Positions 1-6,754 of a DNA stretch of 6,754 bases are shown one piece after another (the first letter of the stretch is position 1; every line of letters begins with the position of its first letter). The position numbers and the translations under genes are program-made. This DNA is from Vitrella brassicaformis CCMP3155 (lineage: Eukaryota; Protista; Chromerida). The DNA lies in contig CDMY01000999.1 of the NCBI GenBank assembly GCA_001179505.1, forward strand, positions 1 to 6,754, read 5' to 3'. The notes under the pieces are model-generated. The model was not told the origin of the DNA. It saw nothing but the letters and a program-made list of their open reading frames with translations, and searched no databases.

Positions 1-41
1 GGGGAGGGTTTGCGGGACTGGGGTGTGCTGATGGGGCGGGG
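1..41 (+). other. G-quadruplex-forming motif
   Basis: Six G-tracts of 3-4 nt (1-4, 6-8, 14-16, 20-23, 33-36, 38-41). Confidence 0.5.
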
Positions 42-124
42 ATGGATCCCTCCTCCCCTTGAGCCTGTTTGGCTCTGCGTGCTGATGGGACTGTATTTGT
101 ATGAGTATCACGGACACACAGACG

Positions 125-250
125 AGTGTTACGGTTAATGACAGTTTCTCCCCCGTATGCATGTGGCTGCCTCGCTTCGCCCGGTTTGCCGGGAAACCGT
201 GCAGCAAGTCGATTGCAAAGCGGCAACTATATGTGGCCGTCTCCCGCAGC
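125..250 (+). pseudogene. Possible remnant of an SF1/PIF1-like (Helitron-type) helicase C-terminus
   Basis: QLYVAVSR at 224-247 matches helicase motif VI (GQLYVALSR). Upstream SVTVNDS and VCMWLP loosely echo AMTINKS and VGIYLP, but spacing is off and the SQG of motif V is absent. Confidence 0.25.
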
Positions 251-1211
251 GCCTTTGCAGACCTGCCTGCTTCTGCCCCCTTTCATGTTGCATGTTCTAT
301 GTTGCGTGTTGCATACTGGACAAACATGGGATCAGGCCATTGGGCTGCCTCGGGCATTCCGTGAACCTACTGCTGCTGCAGCTCACTGGACGTCAACCGC
401 TTCCCACTGGTACACGAGAAGGCGGTCATACACTGTCTCGTTCTAGAACAAGACGAAACACTGCGAGCTAGATGCGAGCAAGGGTTGTTGGTGACCACGG
501 GCTCTAGCCAGCACATGCATAACAGTTGGATACTATGTCTCATGAACGTGTGTTTTCTTTTGTACAGACTGCGCATTCCTGTAGTTGTATCATGTGTCTA
601 AATGGTGATTTTGCTTTGGGATTGTGTCCTGGATGAAGAATAGAGAGCGATCCACGCGATGTCAGGTGGCCCTGCGCTACGTTGCCTGTGGTAGGGTCTG
701 CGTTCTGACCGAGAACAGTAGCATACAACAGCGGGATGGACCAAATGAGAGACACAAGTATAAGAAAGGCTGCCACAGATCCGCCTCTTTGCTGTCCGCT
801 GACGCTCATTACGTATTCTTGTTGTCCGCTGTTACTTCATTATAACCAGTCCGTGACGCCCCTTTTGAAGGCGCATTTCCGCTTTGATTTCGCCGGCTCC
901 CTTCTTGGAGGCGCACAATTCATTTGATCGGCAATGCAGAAAGAATATATGCCACCTCTTGCAGCCACTGCTCTGAGCTCAGTGAAAGAAGAGAAAAGTC
1001 GAGATAGAAGAGGGCACCCTGGAAGACGGTCGTGCTATTGTGGCAGTGTTACATCCTGTCGTCTCTCCTTTCATCTGCGTTGGACGTGGGTCGCTTTCAA
1101 TGCGTTGTTCAAATTCGACTCGGGGTCCCTTTACGAATTCAAACAGCTCTATACAAAAAGCAGAACCATAGGTTGAGATGGCAATCGAAGAAAGGCATCG
1201 AAGGCCTTGAC

Positions 1212-1563
1212 ATGGGGTGTATGGTATAATGTCTCTCTGCGCATATGTGTGTATGCATGCCGCTAGTCAGAGAGACGTTTAGTACAACACATGCCATCCG
1301 ACTCTAGGTATGCGCAGGTCTGCCACAAAGACATTCGTTGTATACGCCCTCCAACTATACAGACAGGGGTGTGCAGGCGTATGCAGAGACACATTCAGTA
1401 TATGTACGCATGCTATGCAACTATGGATGTATGCAGGCGTGCGCATTAAAACAGTCAGTAGATACAATATACATATACCATCCATTTATAGGTGTACGCA
1501 GACATATGATACAAGTGTGCACAGGCGTGCGGAGAAAAACATTCACTACATATCCAACTATAG
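1212..1563 (+). repeat. Module R1: degenerate ~55-70 bp minisatellite (GACATTC...ATCCAACTAYAGG...GCAGGCGT)
   Basis: Core copies at ~1295 (catccgact), 1351, 1417, 1481, 1554; gcaggcgt at 1373 and 1433, 60 bp apart. Confidence 0.85.
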
Positions 1564-2396
1564 GTCTGCAAACAGCAAGCGCACAATCAACGACGTCCTT
1601 GCACTTACGGATGAGCACAAAGGAGCCAAAGAGGTAGTTTGTAATCTTACTTGCTTTTTGTTTGAGAGAAAGACCCCCTCAGGCCTAGCGAGAAGGCGGA
1701 TTGCGAAGCGCGGAATCTTCAAAGAAACATCCATAATAGACACATCCATCCGCGCAGAACTGAATAACGATGGCAAACGCTGAGATACAGACTCAAACCT
1801 AGAGTGAAGGCAGTAATTCAGACGCCGCCGAACCCAAACAAGACCTCTGGCCAGACGAAAGCGATATAAGCGCAAAGAAGCCGACCTTTTAGGGTGGCAA
1901 ATATTTGGCCCAGAGGGACGAAAGATAGGAAGCGTACGACACAGCTCTACTGTCCTTCTCGAGAATTAGAGGTGCAGCGATGGGAGGCGGCATAGCACAA
2001 AATCAGGCTAACTTCGAAGGCTGCAAGGCCACAACGCAATAGCACAGAGTGATAGAGAGAGCATGACACAACTCCAGTATGCTTTCCGAAATTTGATGGA
2101 AGGGGAGAATAAGTGAATCAGCCTGGTCCTGTGATAACCATATAGCCCTGTGGGGTAGTATTCATAATCAGATATATTCATGTATATGAAGAAATATGCC
2201 ATATTCCTCATCCCTTGCTCAATACTTCAGCACACATATTGCTGTTTCTTAGTCCAAACGCTTTCGCAGGTCTGCATTGGACCATTTGTCAAATTTGTTA
2301 AGACCGCAATTGTATAGAAAGCAAGAGCTCCAGCTGTCTGGAGGTCGAAATTACGATCAATTAAAGAGTCAGACGCAGATCAGCTGGCAAGCTGTC
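1558..2396 (-). pseudogene. Decayed coding exon of an unidentified protein (U1 copy)
   Basis: One minus-strand frame runs 278 codons (2394 to 1561) with only 4 internal stops (2380, 2227, 2008, 1966) and joins ORF-track entries 2008..2211 and 1558..1875. It starts right after an acceptor-like ctccag|GA at 2397-2398. Synonymous and conservative differences versus U2. Confidence 0.5.
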
Positions 2397-2538
2397 CTGG
2401 AGGGCGCAATACGCCGGTAATTGAATAAGGTGCGTACCATGAATGCTTCTCTATGTTTTACCTGCGCACGCACGCCGGTACTTGCAGTCGGATGTATGGA
2501 ATAAATGATCCTGCATGCGCGCGCCTGCGGATGAACAT

Positions 2539-2912
2539 CGATAGCTGGATGCGTTGTGTGGTATGATGTCTTTGTGCGCATACGTGGGTATACAGCGGCT
2601 AGTCAGAGAGACATTCAGTACATGCACACATGCCATCCGACTCTCGGTATGCGCAGGTGTGCGAACGAAGACATTCGTTATATATGGCCTCCAACTACAC
2701 ACACAGGGGTGTCCAGGCGTATGGAGAGAGGTTCCAACTATACTGGCGTATGCAGAGACACATTCAGTATATATACACATGCTAGCCAACTATGGATGTG
2801 CGTACACATATTCCATCTATTTATAGGTGTACGCAGACGTATGCAGAGAAAACGCAACTACAAGTGTGCACAGGCGTGCGGAGAGAAACATTTACTACAT
2901 ATCCAACTACAG
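2539..2912 (+). repeat. Module R2: same minisatellite family
   Basis: Same head (ggatg..tgtggtatgatgtctttgtgcgca, 2547-2580); cores at 2634, 2691, 2734, 2786, 2854, 2903. Confidence 0.85.
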
Positions 2913-3766
2913 GTCTGCAAATAGCAAGCGCACAATCAACGACGTCCTTGCACTTACGAATGAGCACAAAGGAGCCAGAGACCTAGTTCATAACTTTACT
3001 TACTTTTTGTTTAAGAAAAGGCCCCCTCAGGCTTAGCGAGAAGGCGGATTGCGAAGCGCGGAAGCTTCAAAGAAACATCCATAATAGACACATCCATCCG
3101 CGCAGAACCGAATAACGATGGCAAGTGCTGAGAGACAGACTCAAACCTAGAGTGAAGGCAGCAATGCAGACGCCGCCGAACCCAAACAAGACCTCTGGCC
3201 AGACGAAAGCGATATAAGCGCAAAGCAGTTTTAGGGTGGCAAATCTATAATGTTGGCCCAGAGGGGCGAATGACAGGGGGCTTACGGCATAGCTCCACTG
3301 TCCTTCTCGAGAATTAGAGGTGCAGCGATGGGAGGTGGCATAGCACAAAATCAGGCTAACTTCGAAGGCTGCAAGGCCACAACGCAATGGCACGGAGTGA
3401 TAGAGACAGCACGACACAACTCCATTATGCCTTCGAAAATTTGATGGAAGGGGGGAATAAGTGAATGAGTATGATTCTCTCATAACCACACAGCCCTGTG
3501 GGGTAGTATTATAATCAGATACTATTAATGTATGTGAAGAAGTGTCCCATGTATGTGAAGAAGTGTCCCATATTCATCATCTTTTGCAAAATACTTCAAC
3601 GAACACGTTGTCGCTTCTCAACAAAAACGCTTTCAGAGGTCTGCATTGGGGCCATTTATTGAATTTGCTGAGCCCGCAATTGTATGGAAAGCAAGAACTT
3701 TGGCCGTTTGGATGTCGAATTTACAATCAATCAAAGACTCAGACGCAGATGAGCTAGCAAGCTGTC
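2910..3766 (-). pseudogene. More degraded second copy of the same putative exon (U2)
   Basis: Same frame recoverable with frameshifts near 3650, 3505-3525 (compensating) and 3017, plus extra stops; acceptor ctttttgtgctctccag|GA (AG at 3767-3768). Confidence 0.45.
3528..3569 (+). repeat. Perfect 21-bp tandem duplication (atgtatgtgaagaagtgtccc x2)
   Basis: Two exact copies in U2; single diverged copy in U1 (~2180-2200). Confidence 0.95.
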
Positions 3767-3795
3767 CTGGAGAGCACAAAAAGCTGGCAGTTGGG

Positions 3796-4013
3796 CAATA
3801 GTTGGATGGGGTGTGTGTTATGACGTCTCTGTGCGCTTACCTGCGTATGCACGCCGCTAGTGAGGGAGAGATTTGTTTAGTACATACACATATGCAATCC
3901 GACTTCTCAACTACACACACAGGTGTGTGCAGGCGTGTGCAGAGAGGTTCCAACTACAGGTATGCGCAGACGTGCGTACGAAGACATTCATTATATAGGT
4001 CATCCAACTATGG
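3796..4013 (+). repeat. Module R3: shorter copy bounded by inverted repeats (MITE-like)
   Basis: Head ggatggggtgtgtgttatgacgtctctgtgcgc 3804-3836; cores ~3898, 3950, 4004; caatagttggatg (3796-3808) is 12/13 inverted to catccaactatgg (4001-4013). Confidence 0.75.
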
Positions 4014-4625
4014 TGGGTGATTAAATCAAAGATTTCCATGTGTCGATACAGTAGGACAGATTGAACCCATTAACGGAAGCTCGAAAGACACTCACAAGCA
4101 GTGCAACACACATCCCTATCCTGGCACTCGTCGGGGGTGGAAGGCCCTTGCTCTAGCAAAACACCCTCAGCAAACCGTGCCTTCTCTTGCCCATTCCATC
4201 GACTTGCCCACCACGCCCTAAAGTTGTGCGCCGGCCTGTGGAAAGACACATTTTTCATCCCTGATGTCATCAGTGAGAATGAATGCTAGCGAGAATCGTT
4301 CTGACAGACCTGAGAATGCATTATCTCCCTCGTTTTTGACGATCCCTCTCTCAATCTGGTCAATTCAATGCGTTGGATATGATGAATGCCGTGAATGAGC
4401 GGTAGAGACGCTTCCCATGACGAATGACAGGGTCATTCATGTTGTAGGTCTGTCGGTAAGGATGGTTGCGGAGCAGCTCTTCTAGCAGGAGGACGTAAAA
4501 GGAGAACCGCCGATGTTGTAGCGTCTAGTTGTCGCAAAGGGGGACATAATCTGTCTGAGCTCCGAATACATTTTTAATCCAGGTAAGAAAGTGAAGACAT
4601 CAGTCATGCCTTAGTGTCACTTACC
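3934..4625 (+). repeat. Left copy of exact 692-bp duplication flanking the gap
   Basis: No differences seen versus 4926-5617 (offset 992); the ORF track returns identical ORFs in both copies. Confidence 0.95.
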
Positions 4626-4925
4626 NNNNNNNNNNNNNNNNNNNNNNNNNNNNNNNNNNNNNNNNNNNNNNNNNNNNNNNNNNNNNNNNNNNNNNNNNNN
4701 NNNNNNNNNNNNNNNNNNNNNNNNNNNNNNNNNNNNNNNNNNNNNNNNNNNNNNNNNNNNNNNNNNNNNNNNNNNNNNNNNNNNNNNNNNNNNNNNNNNN
4801 NNNNNNNNNNNNNNNNNNNNNNNNNNNNNNNNNNNNNNNNNNNNNNNNNNNNNNNNNNNNNNNNNNNNNNNNNNNNNNNNNNNNNNNNNNNNNNNNNNNN
4901 NNNNNNNNNNNNNNNNNNNNNNNNN
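4626..4925. other. Assembly gap, 300 N
   Basis: Round-number N run; ORFs spanning it are artefacts. Confidence 0.99.
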
Positions 4926-5617
4926 CGTGTGCAGAGAGGTTCCAACTACAGGTATGCGCAGACGTGCGTACGAAGACATTCATTATATAGGTCATCCAAC
5001 TATGGTGGGTGATTAAATCAAAGATTTCCATGTGTCGATACAGTAGGACAGATTGAACCCATTAACGGAAGCTCGAAAGACACTCACAAGCAGTGCAACA
5101 CACATCCCTATCCTGGCACTCGTCGGGGGTGGAAGGCCCTTGCTCTAGCAAAACACCCTCAGCAAACCGTGCCTTCTCTTGCCCATTCCATCGACTTGCC
5201 CACCACGCCCTAAAGTTGTGCGCCGGCCTGTGGAAAGACACATTTTTCATCCCTGATGTCATCAGTGAGAATGAATGCTAGCGAGAATCGTTCTGACAGA
5301 CCTGAGAATGCATTATCTCCCTCGTTTTTGACGATCCCTCTCTCAATCTGGTCAATTCAATGCGTTGGATATGATGAATGCCGTGAATGAGCGGTAGAGA
5401 CGCTTCCCATGACGAATGACAGGGTCATTCATGTTGTAGGTCTGTCGGTAAGGATGGTTGCGGAGCAGCTCTTCTAGCAGGAGGACGTAAAAGGAGAACC
5501 GCCGATGTTGTAGCGTCTAGTTGTCGCAAAGGGGGACATAATCTGTCTGAGCTCCGAATACATTTTTAATCCAGGTAAGAAAGTGAAGACATCAGTCATG
5601 CCTTAGTGTCACTTACC
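4926..5617 (+). repeat. Right copy of exact 692-bp duplication (probably contig overlap)
   Basis: Starts at the first base after the Ns and matches up to the last base before the Ns. Confidence 0.95.
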
Positions 5618-6333
5618 CACACGCAACCACGTGCAATGCATCTGTGGGGAGAGGTCGACCCATTTGGCGACCACTACTTCCTAGGCCACAGGAGCGGCCA
5701 GCGAAGTGACACAACAGCATCCGCAACCTTTTCTGCCACATCCTGGCTGCACACATGGATGTCTGCCTGCAGAACCTCTGCGTCACCCCGCCAGACAGCG
5801 AACCCAACAGCCAGCGTATGGACATCTACTGTGTAACCGAAGGCCAGGGAACCCTTCTGGATGTCACCATCACCCACCCCTGCCGACCCGACGCCTCCCC
5901 CGTTTGCTCTCACAGAGACGTGAACCGGTGCAGTGCTCAGCTTTCGGGTTGGAAGGTCCTTGCCGAGAAAGCCAAGACCGACAAGTACGGCCCCACTCTC
6001 CAAGCCAGAGGCTTCCGTTCTGTCCCACTTGCCGCAGAGACATTCAGCAGCTGGGCGCCCGCGATGCTTGCCTTCCTCAAGACGCTCGCCAAGAGGAGAC
6101 CCGCCCTTCGGCCATCCCAGCATCCGAAGATGAATCTTCGCGAGAGAGCGTCATCAATCATTGGAGCCAGCTCCTGTCCATTGAGCTGAGGAAGTACAAT
6201 GCACTCCAAAGTGGCCAACCGCTTTCAGAGAGCCGTAGCCGCGAGGGGACCTGCTAGGGCCAGTGCCTTTGCGGAGGACTTCATCAGCCGAGTCCCTTAC
6301 AGACCTCACACGAGGCACCTCTTCCGTGCGTGA
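5610..6333 (+). pseudogene. Decayed C-terminus (CCHC zinc knuckle + RLE endonuclease) of a non-LTR retrotransposon ORF, probably CRE-like
   Basis: Stitching frames gives HLPTRNHVQCICGE/EVDPFGDHYFLGHRSGQ/AK*HNSIRNLFCHILAAHMDV...QRMDIY...LLDVTITHP...LAEKAKTDKY...FRSVPLAAETFSSWAPAMLAFLKTLAKRR/...SVINHWSQLLSIELRKYNAL/SKVANRFQRAVAARG...HLFRA* (TGA 6331-6333). This is the motif order known from RLE LINEs: CxC..GDH..C, RH, PD..D, EK.K..KY, PLA.ET.G.W, Q.LS..L.R.NA. About four frameshifts, TGA at 5707 in place of the conserved Arg, last knuckle Cys replaced by Gly. Confidence 0.85.
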
Positions 6334-6465
6334 ATATGTCTGGCACTGTATGCCGTTGTGCATGCAGTTGCATGGACCGTGCTTTTGTGTGTGCCGGCTT
6401 TGCATGGTTGCTTCCCTGTTACGCGCTGCCTGTGATTATGCATCTGCTGCGGCATGCCCTTGTAT
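5610..6465 (+). mobile_element. 5'-truncated RLE-type non-LTR retrotransposon copy (ORF remnant plus putative 3' UTR); ends approximate
   Basis: RLE homology starts abruptly at ~5610-5620 with no RT domain upstream. A TGCA/TG-rich non-coding stretch follows the stop. No poly(A) tail is visible, so the 3' end is a guess. Confidence 0.6.
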
Positions 6466-6722
6466 GAAACTCAAGACGATCACTCGGTTCCCCTCGTTTA
6501 CCGAAAGATCTCATGGAGGTCGAGTGTCTGTCAGTTATTGCATGAAATGGCCTGGTAGTATGCAGGAGTTTTTAGTGTCTCGCTATGAATCACATGAATT
6601 GCTCAGCGTTGCATCACTTTTGCGTGAAATGCAATATGTGGAAGCCAGGGAGCCATCAAGTTGACTTGAGTTGATGGCGACACTAATGGATGTCTGATGG
6701 GCTTCTTCTTTTCACACACTCC

Positions 6723-6754
6723 ATGTCTCTGTGCGCACACCTGCGCACGCACGC
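6723..6754 (+). repeat. Probable start of module R4, cut by the window end
   Basis: atgtctctgtgcgcacacctgcgcacgcacgc matches the R1/R3 heads and acctgcgcacgcacgc at 2460-2475. Confidence 0.6.

Larger units (their letters stand above)
1212..2405 (+). repeat. Tandem direct repeat copy U1 (module R1 plus ~830 bp core)
   Basis: Aligns to 2547-3775; agcaagcgcacaatcaacgacgtccttgcacttacg at 1574 and 2923 (offset 1349); both copies end in gcaagctgtcctggag. Confidence 0.95.
2547..3775 (+). repeat. Tandem direct repeat copy U2 (module R2 plus core)
   Basis: Colinear with U1, patchy identity (~75% to >95% by eye), small indels. Confidence 0.95.

Noticed and set aside
637-1104. Peptide RIESDPR encoded twice on opposite strands (637-657 plus, 1084-1104 minus) with five synonymous codon differences
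   Set aside because: No extension on either side; a rough estimate gives a few tenths of a 7-aa match by chance among all six-frame position pairs of this window.
1207-1230. Perfect TTGACA and TATAAT hexamers
   Set aside because: Spacer is 12 nt rather than ~17; TATAAT is not conserved in the R2/R3 heads; eukaryotic-looking context.
2230-2370. LIDRNF...QTCESVW...FFIY as a KDZ/CxC transposase catalytic region
   Set aside because: Only vague spacing similarity; the conserved His residues are absent.
1893-2430. Plus-strand reading of the U core (MGGGIAQNQANFEGCK...)
   Set aside because: Stop density near random and U1/U2 differences concentrate at second codon positions; the minus frame fits better.
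1279-3036. Many short overlapping ORFs across R1/R2 (e.g. 1310..1783, 2451..2789, 2556..2924)
   Set aside because: Translations of CA/TG-rich repeats with no domain signal; frames are not kept between copies.
1260-4013. R-module subrepeats as a CRISPR array
   Set aside because: Units are degenerate and variable in length, inter-core sequences are related to each other rather than unique spacers, and no cas genes are visible.
4604-5031. ORFs spanning the N run
   Set aside because: Artefacts of translating Ns.
5611-5617. acttacc at the LINE junction as a U1 snRNA 5' end target, or as a minus-strand GGTAAGT donor
   Set aside because: Only 7 nt, no U1 body follows, and the bases also fit the element's own frame (HLP).
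6468-6672. aactcaag/cttgagtt inverted pair and a small hairpin near 6655-6675
   Set aside because: 8 bp only, no TSD or recognised terminal motif; chance level.

Overview
Repeat-rich, eukaryotic-looking genomic DNA. I find no intact gene, RNA gene, CRISPR array or prokaryotic operon. Contents: (1) a decayed, 5'-truncated C-terminal fragment of a restriction-like-endonuclease (RLE) non-LTR retrotransposon at ~5610-6333 (+). (2) A diverged ~1.3 kb direct tandem duplication (U1 ~1212-2405, U2 ~2547-3775). Its core hides a ~278-codon decayed minus-strand reading frame that begins at a conserved splice-acceptor-like site. (3) A CA/TG-rich module of degenerate ~55-70 bp subrepeats (core YATCCAACTAY) that recurs four times, with inverted core copies at its left edge. 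(4) A 300-N scaffold gap flanked by an exact 692-bp duplication, most likely an assembly artefact. (5) A possible SF1/PIF1 helicase motif-VI remnant near the start. The sequence does not support a clearly novel system. The best second-look candidates are the recurring module and the unidentified decayed protein in U1/U2. All alignments and counts were done by eye; the taxon cannot be determined.
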